Position numbers and translations under genes: made by a program | The notes under the pieces: generated by a model | The model's database searches: none | Seen by the model: only the letters and a program-made list of their open reading frames with translations | What the model was told of the DNA's origin: nothing | Virus record (IMG/VR): IMGVR_UViG_3300050145_000014 | From: a virus | Taxonomy: Duplodnaviria > Heunggongvirae > Uroviricota > Caudoviricetes | DNA: 64,000 nucleotides | Reading direction: 5' to 3' (one strand) | Shown here: positions 54,584-64,000 of the stretch, one piece after another | Position numbering within the stretch: the first letter of the stretch is position 1 | How the letters are laid out: each line of letters opens with the position of its first letter

Positions 54584-56203
54584 TCAAGAGCACAGGGCTT
54601 TCAGTTCAGGTAAACTTAATGCAGTGTCCCAAAGGAATAGAAACTGCAAATGCCCATTAATAGGAATATGTGAAAGTCGAATTTGATCAATTGTTGATAA
54701 AATCCCTGGAGTTGAGATTGTTGCAGATTCTTTGTCAATACAGATATCTGAAGACTCAGCAATTGAAGCAGCAAACTTTACTTGAGTCCCTAAAGAAGGA
54801 GCTTTTGTAGAATTGAACCCCCCCAATGTCACGGATCTCTCATAGATACCCAAATCTGCAGGAGAATAGGGGTTGAGCCTCATCCATGGAAGTTCACAAT
54901 TAGGAGATCCGAGTGAGATGAATCCTGTCGAAGAATCTCGACTTTTTGACATACCTGCAAAAACACTGAATGGCACTTTCGAGAATCCCGGAATATTCAT
55001 AAATAAACTGTCTGCAGATCTTGTAACAGTTGTAGAATTGGTCGGAATATAGGAGGTTGCACTAGGGGAAACTTCTAATTGTGCACCAAAAATATAGACC
55101 CCCTTCAAAATATCCCCTAAGAATGACTGGCTCGTTGTGTCTCCTACAGAATAGATATAAGGGGTTAAAGTAGTTGCTCCAGACCCCCCAGCATTGAACG
55201 TAATACTAATTCTGTAGTAGTCTGAAATCTTTTCGATACAAGGGGAATACTCCGTAGGAGAAACCTCTACAAGACCAGTCGATAGATTGAATACGCAATT
55301 CCTATCTGCACCAGATGCCCCTGAAGCTGAAGAAGCGTTTCCTGTGATAGAGAGGCCCACACGGAATCTATCGGCAGCTTTAACGTACACAGAGAATGTA
55401 TACTGTGTTGTCGAAGTAGGGGTAGTAAAGGTCTGCTGAATTGAGTGCACTGCAGTTGTTGCAGTCTCTTTCAAATAACTCCATATTGCTACACCATCTG
55501 GGGCGTTGCTCCCCCCTAGAGTGATTGATGAGTTTTGGACTACCCATGGACTTGAGAAAGTCTCAGACTTTAGAGCAAGGTTCTCCGAAGCTTTTTCAAT
55601 TAAAATCCCTGCAGGAGACCCGTCACCACGAGACTCAAACCTTGGTGTATTTACAGCAGCGGTTTCTATAACTCCGTACTTGTTAATAAATCTCCCGGTA
55701 GACGCTCTTGAAAAGGTTAGCCTCTTATCTAATAGGGGTGCTTTATCAAAAACTAGAGAGATCTTAGGGCGTGTTTTTGCTCCAGATACTCTAAAGTAAT
55801 CGACTTTCCAATCAGAATAAGGAGCTAGTGAAGGGTCAACCCCAGATGTGAAAGTCCTCTGAGCTTTGTATACCTGTAGGGTCATCGGACTATACACAAG
55901 ATACCCTTGTATATAAGTTGTATCCGCTTGCCATTGAGGGATATTTGCAGAGGAGAGTATTCCTCTTTGGGATGACTCTATATTCGATTTATTTGTTGTT
56001 GCTGTACTTAGAAATGCATTAGCTGCTGAAAGGTTTTGAGAGGCTTTTGTTGCTAGAGTATTTCTAAGAGAGGCATTGTCGTTATATGAGGTAGAGAACT
56101 GTTGTAGAAATACCTCAAGGAAATTCTGAGAGTTTGTGAAAAAACTAGCCTGCTTTCTTTGAGGAATTAGTGCTAGGAGTGGAAGAGATTTAATCCCGAT
56201 CAT
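54584..56203 (-). CDS. tail fibre / baseplate protein with a LamG-like C-terminal domain, paralogous to 52412..54535
   Basis: GVYIFGAQLE and the C-terminus LFLWDTALSLPELKAL. Confidence 0.55.
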   Translation of the reverse strand: MIGIKSLPLLALIPQRKQASFFTNSQNFLEVFLQQFSTSYNDNASLRNTLATKASQNLSAANAFLSTATTNKSNIESSQRGILSSANIPQWQADTTYIQGYLVYSPMTLQVYKAQRTFTSGVDPSLAPYSDWKVDYFRVSGAKTRPKISLVFDKAPLLDKRLTFSRASTGRFINKYGVIETAAVNTPRFESRGDGSPAGILIEKASENLALKSETFSSPWVVQNSSITLGGSNAPDGVAIWSYLKETATTAVHSIQQTFTTPTSTTQYTFSVYVKAADRFRVGLSITGNASSASGASGADRNCVFNLSTGLVEVSPTEYSPCIEKISDYYRISITFNAGGSGATTLTPYIYSVGDTTSQSFLGDILKGVYIFGAQLEVSPSATSYIPTNSTTVTRSADSLFMNIPGFSKVPFSVFAGMSKSRDSSTGFISLGSPNCELPWMRLNPYSPADLGIYERSVTLGGFNSTKAPSLGTQVKFAASIAESSDICIDKESATISTPGILSTIDQIRLSHIPINGHLQFLFLWDTALSLPELKALCS

Positions 56204-57123
56204 GTTAATCCTTCGATCTGTAGCGATAGTATACTGTATGTTGGATAAGCGATGTCCATAGAATAGTCTCTGTAGAATCCATAAATAGACAGAGATTCAT
56301 ATGCGTCTTTTGACCCAATCCAGAGACAAGGGGTAGCTCTCAAGTTATTAAGTCTTTGGACAACAGAGTCTACCTTGTAAGATTCTACATATAGTCGGAC
56401 ATCCATTTTCTTAGAGAATGGTCTTTCAATCAGGGAAGCTTTTCCATATGCATCGACTTCTTTCTTGGAATAATCAATATTAGATGCTGTAGGGTTATAT
56501 TGAGTTAGCCCTAGATCCGAGCTTTCACCGTATACAAAATTACCTAATTTGGCAACCCCACCTGTTTGAGAAATTTCAACAGAATAAGTTGACCCTGGCA
56601 CAGCAGGGATTTTGAGAGTAATAAGTAATGTTGAATTAAATTGTTCAACTGTAAAGTACTCATACCAGCTATCAATAATGGCACGATCAATAATATCAAG
56701 TCTCTCATAATAATACTGACCTGATACATTTGAAGCGGTAATAGTAATATAACTACAGACTACATCAATAAATGCCATAGAGGTTACTCTATCTGATGTG
56801 AATGTAAATTGGATACTATTGTTATTTGATGTAATTGTCCCACCAGATGAGTCGAACATTGCCCATCTATTTGTAGGACCTACCTCTACCCAATGGGGAG
56901 TTGAAGTTAAAGAGTCTGTTGGAGGATAATTACCTATATTAGACCCTGCCAAGGATTCATATACTTTATGAACTCCTGTTGTAATACTTACACGACTCCC
57001 AATAGAATATGTCGTTGAAGCGGAATATAGTGGAGCGTCTGCTTGAGGCTCTGCAATATTTGAACTTGCAAGATTACTCTCAGTTATTTGTTTTGGAATA
57101 ATTACTGTAAAAGGTGTAGTCAT
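56200..57123 (-). CDS. tail protein immediately downstream of the TMP (distal tail protein candidate)
   Basis: Position in the TMP-Dit-Tal-RBP order only; ATGA-coupled. Confidence 0.4.
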   Translation of the reverse strand: MTTPFTVIIPKQITESNLASSNIAEPQADAPLYSASTTYSIGSRVSITTGVHKVYESLAGSNIGNYPPTDSLTSTPHWVEVGPTNRWAMFDSSGGTITSNNNSIQFTFTSDRVTSMAFIDVVCSYITITASNVSGQYYYERLDIIDRAIIDSWYEYFTVEQFNSTLLITLKIPAVPGSTYSVEISQTGGVAKLGNFVYGESSDLGLTQYNPTASNIDYSKKEVDAYGKASLIERPFSKKMDVRLYVESYKVDSVVQRLNNLRATPCLWIGSKDAYESLSIYGFYRDYSMDIAYPTYSILSLQIEGLT

Positions 57124-57163
57124 TTCTTTTCCATAAAAAGAAGAGGGGACAAGCCCCTCTTTG

Positions 57164-60100
57164 TTAAACAGCTACTGTTCTTAGGGAGTCGCCATTGTCA
57201 ACTCTCTTAATTACCTTAGCAATATCAGCGATATTTGTAGCAACGCTAGACCCTTCTGCTCTGTCTTCTACACGCATGGCTTCTAGTTTATCTAGAATCT
57301 TTCCAAGCATTGTGCTAGATTGTTCCGTGTAGGTAGCAATCTGTGCAGTTGGTGAAACTGACGCTGTTTGTGTTTGGATATCAGACAAGGATGTTCCACC
57401 TGTTGATGCACCAATAACAGACATTAGCTCATTCTTCACGCTTGAAAGAATTCTTTCATATTCTAGAGAAGACCCTGCGTTGGCTGCAGCAAGTTCTAGC
57501 AGTTTATCAGCATAGTTGGTTAAACTATCCATTGCGGTAGTATCGCCAGTCTTTGCTAATTTAAGTTGGGCAGCAAATGTAGCTTTTGCAGCATCAAAGT
57601 TAGTTGAGACGTTCCCTTGATCTAATCCAAGATTTGATACATACTCTTTGATAGAGTCTGAGAAATCTTTGAACGCTTGGGATGCATCATCTACAGATGA
57701 TACAATCTGGGAGAACCCGTCTGAAAGTCCTAGGAGTTTACCTAGAAGCTTATCAGCCTCATCAGTGCCTGTCGGCATACCAGCTACAAGATCTTTAAAT
57801 CCTTGTGCTGTAGTCGGCATAGCAAGACCAAGAGCCTCAAAAGATTTTCTCATCTTTGAAGTCTGGAGCGATGTTCTTTCAGCCTCTGTTAAGAAACTAT
57901 CTTGGAAAGCCGACATGGCTTCTTCGAGAGAAGAAATCCCACCAGCACCACGAACTAAGGATTCTGTAACAGCGTTACCGTTGACACCGATAAATTGCAA
58001 TGCTGCACGGACTTCAGTCAGAGACTTGTAAGCATCTGCAATATCCTGTGCTGATCCGGTAAGATCGCTAAGAATGTCTGCAACACCGGAAACTCCCTCT
58101 TTAGCTAAGAGACTCTCACGAACCAGATTGAGTGTCACATCCCCTTGCTTATTTGCAAGGTCGGTGTATTTTATCATACCAATGCCTAGTTTGTCTAGGA
58201 CATTTTCTGCAGTATCAACCCCAGATGAGACTCTTAGAACAGTTTGGTAGTAACCTTCATTAACCTTTTGGAAACTCTCGAATCCAGGGATAATCTGTTT
58301 TGTCAGGTCATCCCCTAACTTCGAGAAGACTGCATCAAGTCTCTTTTGTTGATCTTCCCCTGTTAATCCGTTAAGGTCAATTCGGTCGATAGAAACAACT
58401 GCTGAGTTGATACGGTCCACAACTGTTTGGAGATTAATACCTAAAGGTTTGGATGCTAACTTGATCGAGTCTACAATACTTACAATGACTTTTGTGATAC
58501 TATCTTCAGCCTCTTGGGCTAGATCGTTAATTACTGTTGATCTATCTGTAGAAGTTGTAATTCCAAGTGTCTTATTCCTCTTCTCAATAGTTGCCCAACT
58601 CTGCCCTTGGAAGCCTCCTGAAAGGATACTTGAAAGGCCTTGTTGACCAGCTTGGATACCTTGACCGGTCACTGAAGTTTTAGTACCAAATAGTCCACCA
58701 ACCATCTTACCAAAAGCATCACCAAATCCTAGGAATTCGCTGAGGCCTGCAGTAACAACTGCTACACCAGTGCGCAGAGCCCCGGAGATCGCTCCAGCGA
58801 TATCATTTGAACGGTATCCTGTTTTGATTCCTGAAAGTCCTGTTGAAATAGCTCCTGACTGCACAAGGAAGGTAGCTAGCCCTGCTGTGTTATCTTGAAT
58901 TGCCATCAAGGCAGTGAGCATCTTAGAGCTAGTCTTCGATGTACCGTACTCGATTTCTTTTAAGTCAGAGATGAGATTAGATACAGACTTACTCTCTGCA
59001 TTCTTATCACCTAGGACAGTTCCTGTGCCTTTATTTATCTTGACATCAGATCTAGACCCTCCAGAGAGCGCACCCTTGATAGCTACACCTAGACCTACAA
59101 CAACTGCTGCCATCGCAGCACCTGCAGCAAAAGCTGCGGGGCCGGGATTAGATGCTAGTTGGCCCAGGATAGCTTCAATACCTAATGCAGCAGAACGAAG
59201 ACCTGACTGAGCTAGGGAGAATAATGTAAAACTGGATTCAGCACCCATCTTTGTTGCCATCGCTGACAAAGCAATTGAAATTTGTTCAGCCATTAGGGCT
59301 TTCTCAACGACATTTGCTGCTTTACCTAAATCTGTCTTCTCACCGAAATAAGATTTAGCTGCCCCAGCCATGTTCATATAAGCGCCTAGTTGAGCATTCT
59401 TATAATCTTCAATATTTTTCTTGTACTCAGGGCTGTCTTTAGCTAGCTTAGATTGTACATTATTAAAGGATTCTGCAGCTTGAGACATTTGTAAGAATCT
59501 TTGTGCAACATCACCTAAAGCACTTGAGAAACGGTTCCACCCTTTTGCAAGAGTTTCTCCGATATCGAGACCTCTTGTTGCTTTTGTAAACTCACCTAAC
59601 TTACTTTTATCAAAAGCAAACAAAGCATCGGCCTTTATTTGATCAGGAGTCTTCTTAAGTTTTCTTTCTATGAGTTCTAGAGCAATCGCAAGACCAAAAC
59701 TTGTATCTCTCGCATTCTCTAGTGCTTCCTTCAGAATAACAATTTCGTCATGTGTTGTACCAAGAGTAGTAGATGCAGCTTTATAAGCATCTGAAGCCTT
59801 TTTAACAGCTTCGGCTGACTCACGCTGCTTCTGAATTAATTTATCTTCTTCAGTTGTTAGACGAGCTTTTTCTTCTTGCATGGCCCTATACCCTACAGCT
59901 TCACGGTCACTCATCCCAATGGTCTTGATAGCAGTTTCTAGAGTTGAAGCTCTTTGTTTAGCAAGGGAATTCTCACTCAATTCAACCTTCTTAATTTCAT
60001 CACCAAATGCCTTCAATGAAGTCTGCATTGAGATGATTCTATCTTGATAGGGTTTTAGGAAATCAGATTCAGCAAGATTCTTTTGGTCTTTAATTTCATT

Positions 60101-63100
60101 ATTGAACTTAGCAACCTTGTTTGCAATCTCATCTAGGGCTTTATCTTTACCTTTGCTTGAACCTTGTGACTTGACTACCTTTTCTTGACGAGCTAACTCA
60201 GTGAGTTCTTTCTTTTGGTAATCCTCTAGTAATCTAATCTTTTCATCTAGTGCAGTTTTAGCTGCAGCATTGACTCTCTTATTAGACTCTTCTGAGTCCT
60301 TTAATCCAAATTCTTTGTACTTATTTTCAAGAGCTAGAGAAACTTTTAGTGCCCTCTCAATCACTTTGAACTTCTCATCAAAATCTGACTTTAGTACTGC
60401 AGAGTTATCAACAGGTAGTTTGATACCTGGGATTTGTGAATTGATCTTATTTTGGAGATCTTCGAATTCTTTCTTGTAGGACTCAAATAAAATTGCAGTT
60501 GACTCAGAGCTAATAGACTCTGGCATCTTCATCTTACGGGTATCTTCTTTAAAGCGAGAATCTTGAAACTCGGACAGAGACATTTTTTTGCGGGCCTCTG
60601 TAGTTGACTTGTCTTGTGCTTTTTGTAGAAGAGGATTTAGGATAGACTGGTCTTCAGCAGAAAGAGTATTCTTAGATTTCTCTTGTTCTTGATAGAGTTG
60701 CCTTTTTAATCTAATTAGCTCATAGGTTAAGGCAATACCTTCCTCGTCAGAGAGATTCCCGCTGTTAATTTTTGCAGATAGTTCGGTTATCTGTGTTTCT
60801 AGGTTTTTGCCGACTGGACGACCAATCCCTAATACACTGTCCCACATTTTATCAAACCATGTACTAACTTCATGAGAGAACTCTTCCAAAGTTCCATAAT
60901 TTGCTTTGATATCATTTGCAGCGGCTTCGGCGCCTTTTGCATATTCCTTTTGAGCAAGATCAATAGCCTCGAAAGTTTTCCCTTGTCTTTCTAATGAGGC
61001 AACTTGTTCTAGGATCTTAGGAGGGATTGTCCCTAATTGTGAAGCTAGTTCCGCTAGGCCTTTTGAGGGTTCAGTTGCCAGTTTCTTGAAGTTCTTTACA
61101 GTTTCTTCAACAGCAATACCGGCTGATTTTTCTAGAGCTTGAGCAGCCTTGGCAATTGTCAAGAATGATGAGCTTGTAAATCCACCTTCTTTTGCCATAG
61201 CAGTTAGGGTTGACATGGCTACGTTACCTGACCCTCCTAGGGCTTCAAAAGCCTGTACCGCTGCATGAGCAGAATGTACGTTCATCCCTAGTGAAGCGCC
61301 TGTGAGATTTAATGACTTATTAAGTTCTTCATTCTGTTTCATACTCTTGTAGGCAGAATAGGCAAATAAGCCTAACCCAGCAACAAGGGCTACGATTGCA
61401 CCTCCCATCAGGAAAGATGCCACAGCAGAGCTTCTCATCCACTGAGTCATTTTAGCAATAGGAGATAGTCCGCCATTTAGGCCAGCCTTGAAGTCTTCTA
61501 GAGCTTGTTGGCCAAATAAAACACCATACCCAAAGTCAGTAAAAGCAACGATCGAGGTCTGCACTGCATTTGTAGCAGCTTGTCCCATCTTCATAAAGCC
61601 ATTAACAACTAAACTACCAACAGCAGCACCCACGTCCTTAATACTCTTAGCCATTTGAGTCATGGAGTTTTTCAGGACTTCAGGCATTCTACTAGCTTCT
61701 ACGTTGAACATACCAAATTGATCTCGTAATTGACCACCTTGTTGTAGGAGGATAGTCAAAGGACTTTGACCTGTAGCCATACCGACGAAGATGTCAGTAA
61801 TCTGAGGGGCAACGGCTCTAGCTAGATGGTCAACGGCTTTCTGAGAGTTCAGGCCTTGGACTTTCTCAAGCTGGATACGGTAAGCAACCATTTCTGCAAT
61901 TTGTTCCCCCAGCGGCTTTTTAGTGGCGATCAGGTCATCTCTGAACCTTTTTAAAGCGTTTAGGTTACCAGTCCCCATGTTTTTATTAAAGTCTGCAAGT
62001 TGATTATTCAACTTTTCCCAAGCGGCACCGATCCTATTTACAGCATTTACAGAATTTTTAGCAGCAATATCTTGAGTCTCGATTGAGGATTTTAAGGTGT
62101 TAACCTCTTTTGCGAGTTTTGTGTATTCTTGGGTTGTAGCTTTTAGGGCAACTGCAATTTCTTTCTCAGTCTTGCCCTCAAGTTGCATCTTTTCAGTTAC
62201 GCGAACACGTTCCTGTCCTAGGTCTTTAAGTTGACGAAGGGTTAAACCTGACTGAGTTGAGTATTCTGATTCAGCTTGCTTCATCAGCCCAAGCTCATTC
62301 TTCATAGCTTCAATAGCTGAAAGGCTCTTATCGAAAGGGTCTCCACCAATCAGTTTACGTTGTGACTTTAGAACATCCCCGATATTCCCGATTTCTTCAG
62401 CAGCTAGCCCGGCAGCTTTTGCATAAGCTAGAATAGAGCTTTGACCTTTTGTGAAACCTTCGGTCATGAACTGACGGATAGCTTCTTGACGTTCTAGGAT
62501 AGTGGTTGCTTTAGCTACTTCGTCAGAGACTTGCTTGACAGCCTTACCTTCTACAGTTGCACGATTCTGAGCAGCAATAGCTGCGCGGTCCTCTGCTTCT
62601 TGCCTCTTAGCTGCAGCAAGGCCTAATTTCTCAGCCTGGATGGCTTGAACAGCTTGCTCCTTAGTCAGGGCTAGTGCTAGCTTATCTAGACCTGTGGAGG
62701 CATCTTTCAAAGACTTTAGTTTCTTAGCTAGTTCATCAATTGCGTTTGCTGAATCACGAATGGCAGTTACGTCAAGACCTACCTTGATTTGAGCACCTTC
62801 TTTGAAATAGTTCTTAATGTTGTCAACGGCATTCTTTGCAGCCTCTAATTTAGCAATAGCTGTATCAGAGATGTTCAGGCGAAGAACAGCCTCCGTTGAA
62901 GTTAAACGGTCTACTGCATTCGCTAATCCGTTGATCAGTGTTAATGAAGTTTTTAAAGCTGTTGTTTCCACAGCTAATTTAAAGCTTGTTTTCTTAGACT
63001 GGAGTTCCCCAAGGTTTACCGCAAGTTTTGCAGTAGCTGTCGTGGCATTCCCTAGATCCTCTGAATTAACTTTAATACTAATGTCTTTACCAAAAGCTTT

Positions 63101-63205
63101 TGATAGTTTTTCTGCTGAAGCAGCTAATGCATCAATTTTAGTTAATGCTTTGTCTAGATCATCAGTAACTGCTGTGAACTTAATAGTGTCTAGATTGATA
63201 CTCAT
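57164..63205 (-). CDS. tail tape-measure protein (2013 aa)
   Basis: Very long Ala/Lys/Glu/Leu-rich coiled-coil protein with Gly-rich hydrophobic central and C-terminal segments; RBS AGGAG upstream. Confidence 0.85.
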   Translation of the reverse strand: MSINLDTIKFTAVTDDLDKALTKIDALAASAEKLSKAFGKDISIKVNSEDLGNATTATAKLAVNLGELQSKKTSFKLAVETTALKTSLTLINGLANAVDRLTSTEAVLRLNISDTAIAKLEAAKNAVDNIKNYFKEGAQIKVGLDVTAIRDSANAIDELAKKLKSLKDASTGLDKLALALTKEQAVQAIQAEKLGLAAAKRQEAEDRAAIAAQNRATVEGKAVKQVSDEVAKATTILERQEAIRQFMTEGFTKGQSSILAYAKAAGLAAEEIGNIGDVLKSQRKLIGGDPFDKSLSAIEAMKNELGLMKQAESEYSTQSGLTLRQLKDLGQERVRVTEKMQLEGKTEKEIAVALKATTQEYTKLAKEVNTLKSSIETQDIAAKNSVNAVNRIGAAWEKLNNQLADFNKNMGTGNLNALKRFRDDLIATKKPLGEQIAEMVAYRIQLEKVQGLNSQKAVDHLARAVAPQITDIFVGMATGQSPLTILLQQGGQLRDQFGMFNVEASRMPEVLKNSMTQMAKSIKDVGAAVGSLVVNGFMKMGQAATNAVQTSIVAFTDFGYGVLFGQQALEDFKAGLNGGLSPIAKMTQWMRSSAVASFLMGGAIVALVAGLGLFAYSAYKSMKQNEELNKSLNLTGASLGMNVHSAHAAVQAFEALGGSGNVAMSTLTAMAKEGGFTSSSFLTIAKAAQALEKSAGIAVEETVKNFKKLATEPSKGLAELASQLGTIPPKILEQVASLERQGKTFEAIDLAQKEYAKGAEAAANDIKANYGTLEEFSHEVSTWFDKMWDSVLGIGRPVGKNLETQITELSAKINSGNLSDEEGIALTYELIRLKRQLYQEQEKSKNTLSAEDQSILNPLLQKAQDKSTTEARKKMSLSEFQDSRFKEDTRKMKMPESISSESTAILFESYKKEFEDLQNKINSQIPGIKLPVDNSAVLKSDFDEKFKVIERALKVSLALENKYKEFGLKDSEESNKRVNAAAKTALDEKIRLLEDYQKKELTELARQEKVVKSQGSSKGKDKALDEIANKVAKFNNEIKDQKNLAESDFLKPYQDRIISMQTSLKAFGDEIKKVELSENSLAKQRASTLETAIKTIGMSDREAVGYRAMQEEKARLTTEEDKLIQKQRESAEAVKKASDAYKAASTTLGTTHDEIVILKEALENARDTSFGLAIALELIERKLKKTPDQIKADALFAFDKSKLGEFTKATRGLDIGETLAKGWNRFSSALGDVAQRFLQMSQAAESFNNVQSKLAKDSPEYKKNIEDYKNAQLGAYMNMAGAAKSYFGEKTDLGKAANVVEKALMAEQISIALSAMATKMGAESSFTLFSLAQSGLRSAALGIEAILGQLASNPGPAAFAAGAAMAAVVVGLGVAIKGALSGGSRSDVKINKGTGTVLGDKNAESKSVSNLISDLKEIEYGTSKTSSKMLTALMAIQDNTAGLATFLVQSGAISTGLSGIKTGYRSNDIAGAISGALRTGVAVVTAGLSEFLGFGDAFGKMVGGLFGTKTSVTGQGIQAGQQGLSSILSGGFQGQSWATIEKRNKTLGITTSTDRSTVINDLAQEAEDSITKVIVSIVDSIKLASKPLGINLQTVVDRINSAVVSIDRIDLNGLTGEDQQKRLDAVFSKLGDDLTKQIIPGFESFQKVNEGYYQTVLRVSSGVDTAENVLDKLGIGMIKYTDLANKQGDVTLNLVRESLLAKEGVSGVADILSDLTGSAQDIADAYKSLTEVRAALQFIGVNGNAVTESLVRGAGGISSLEEAMSAFQDSFLTEAERTSLQTSKMRKSFEALGLAMPTTAQGFKDLVAGMPTGTDEADKLLGKLLGLSDGFSQIVSSVDDASQAFKDFSDSIKEYVSNLGLDQGNVSTNFDAAKATFAAQLKLAKTGDTTAMDSLTNYADKLLELAAANAGSSLEYERILSSVKNELMSVIGASTGGTSLSDIQTQTASVSPTAQIATYTEQSSTMLGKILDKLEAMRVEDRAEGSSVATNIADIAKVIKRVDNGDSLRTVAV

Positions 63206-63252
63206 AGTTTCTCCTGTTATATCTATTTAAGACTCATTGAGTCTTAAAGACA

Positions 63253-63290
63253 TATAACAAAAGCCGGATAGCTTTTAAACTACCCGGCTT
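63253..63290 (-). terminator. hairpin AAGCCGG-N16-CCGGCTT with a downstream T-rich tract on the minus strand, between the chaperone T-frame stop and the TMP start
   Basis: Read directly; the T-run is imperfect (TTTGTTAT). Confidence 0.35.
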
Positions 63291-63291
63291 A

Positions 63292-63689
63292 TTTGTCTTT
63301 TGTACTTTTACTTACCTCTTGGCAATGCTTTAAGAACTCTGAATCAAAAGCCTGAATTAATTTTACTTCAAAGAGGTTTGGCTCAATGCCTAGTAAAGAA
63401 TAATAAGCTTTGATCTCTGAAAATTGAATAGGGTTAGGGCCAAATCCACCTGTTCTTGCTGACGACAATCTTGTGAAGTCCTCCCAAACAAAAACAAACT
63501 GTTCTGGTAATTTAACATCCTCATCAAGCTCAGGAGGTCTATATCCGGTGTTCCTCTCTACAGCCTGGAGATGTTCCCTGAGGGATCTCCCGTCTTTCTG
63601 TAAAGCACCGAGTTTAAACTCAACCTGAGCAAATTTTAAGGCTTCTTCAAAATCACTGAAAGTTGGTAATATCGGTTGCAGCCTCCATC
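63292..63689 (-). CDS. T segment of the tail assembly chaperone (a start-codon-less open frame, +1 relative to G), expressed only as a G-T fusion
   Basis: Frame open from 63689 to the TAA at 63292-94 (about 131 codons) with no ATG/GTG/TTG until near its end; overlaps the last 36 nt of G. Confidence 0.55.
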
Positions 63690-63988
63690 ACCTGTTCACG
63701 AATCCAAGAGTGCTCTGTAAGAATTCGGGAAGCTTCCTCTGCTGAGAATAGAATATCCTTATTACCTTCCTGTAGGCCCTTCCAAGAAATGATACGAACT
63801 ACAGCAGCTTCAACAGCGAGTTCTTCAGCTTCTTCTAGAGTATAGTCATCATCCTTATTACGCTTTGCAGCTAGACGTTGACGAGTTTGCATCTCTGTGT
63901 ACTTCTTACGAATGTAAGCACGGACAGGCTTAGACTGGTCGCCACGGACCTTAATAAAGGCCCCTGTAGGCTTGCCAGTTCCTGGCAT
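63653..63988 (-). CDS. tail assembly chaperone G
   Basis: 111-aa ORF immediately upstream of the TMP with a downstream overlapping open frame, the canonical G/GT arrangement. Confidence 0.6.
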   Translation of the reverse strand: MPGTGKPTGAFIKVRGDQSKPVRAYIRKKYTEMQTRQRLAAKRNKDDDYTLEEAEELAVEAAVVRIISWKGLQEGNKDILFSAEEASRILTEHSWIREQVMEAATDITNFQ

Positions 63989-64000
63989 GGTTAGTTCAAA

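Noticed and set aside
57648-63230. Several plus-strand ORFs (57648, 58407, 58914, 60270, 62817) within the tape-measure gene
   Set aside because: All are antisense to a 2013-aa coiled-coil gene whose biased codon composition keeps the opposite strand open
1-64000. CRISPR arrays or integrase/transposase genes
   Set aside because: No regularly spaced direct repeats with unique spacers and no recombinase-like ORF were seen anywhere in the window

Overview
The window reads as a contiguous stretch of a large, low-GC (about 40%) tailed dsDNA phage genome (long-tailed; the tape-measure protein is 2013 aa). Its layout is: (i) 1-5458, a compositionally atypical block with an AT-rich repeat leader, a GC-rich gene set including a RadC-like JAB protein, and a 1-kb repeat-rich non-coding region; (ii) 5459-24150, a long minus-strand array of small, mostly hypothetical early-type genes plus a tRNA cluster; (iii) 24500-47130, a plus-strand DNA replication and nucleotide metabolism module; (iv) 47259-64000, the minus-strand lysis and tail module. 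Features called in block (ii): an SPFH membrane protein, a signal-peptide SleB-like cell-wall hydrolase, two small OMP-like proteins, a metallophosphoesterase, a Pnk-like P-loop kinase, two cytidine/dCMP-type deaminases, an Rnl2-like RNA ligase split over two frames, and at least six paralogs sharing an N-terminal KFKVGDKV motif. Features called in block (iii): ATP-dependent DNA ligase, a second RNA ligase, an LMW-PTP-like phosphatase, T7 gp4-like primase-helicase, a family-A DNA polymerase interrupted by a 257-nt ORF-less group I intron followed by a free-standing HNH-AP2 endonuclease, an adjacent PRPP-synthetase-like and NAMPT-like pair, an SSB ending in DDDIPF, tRNA-Arg(UCU), a FEN-like 5'-3' exonuclease, a MazG-like pyrophosphohydrolase, a dATP/dGTP-diphosphohydrolase N-domain-like protein, flavin-dependent thymidylate synthase ThyX carrying a 152-aa mini-intein, and class I ribonucleotide reductase NrdB/NrdA. 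Features called in block (iv): a beta-helix tailspike, GH19 endolysin, holin-like membrane proteins, glycine-rich and LamG-type fibre proteins, distal tail protein, the tape-measure protein, and a tail assembly chaperone pair whose extension frame has no start codon. The most interesting candidates are the PRPP-synthetase-like plus NAMPT-like pair (a possible NAD+ reconstitution or salvage counter-defence module), a dispersed RNA-repair toolkit alongside phage tRNAs, the intron, the intein, and the GC-rich foreign block flanked by TGTGCA-N3-TGCACA palindromes. All calls rest on reading the sequence and recalled family motifs; no database search was run.
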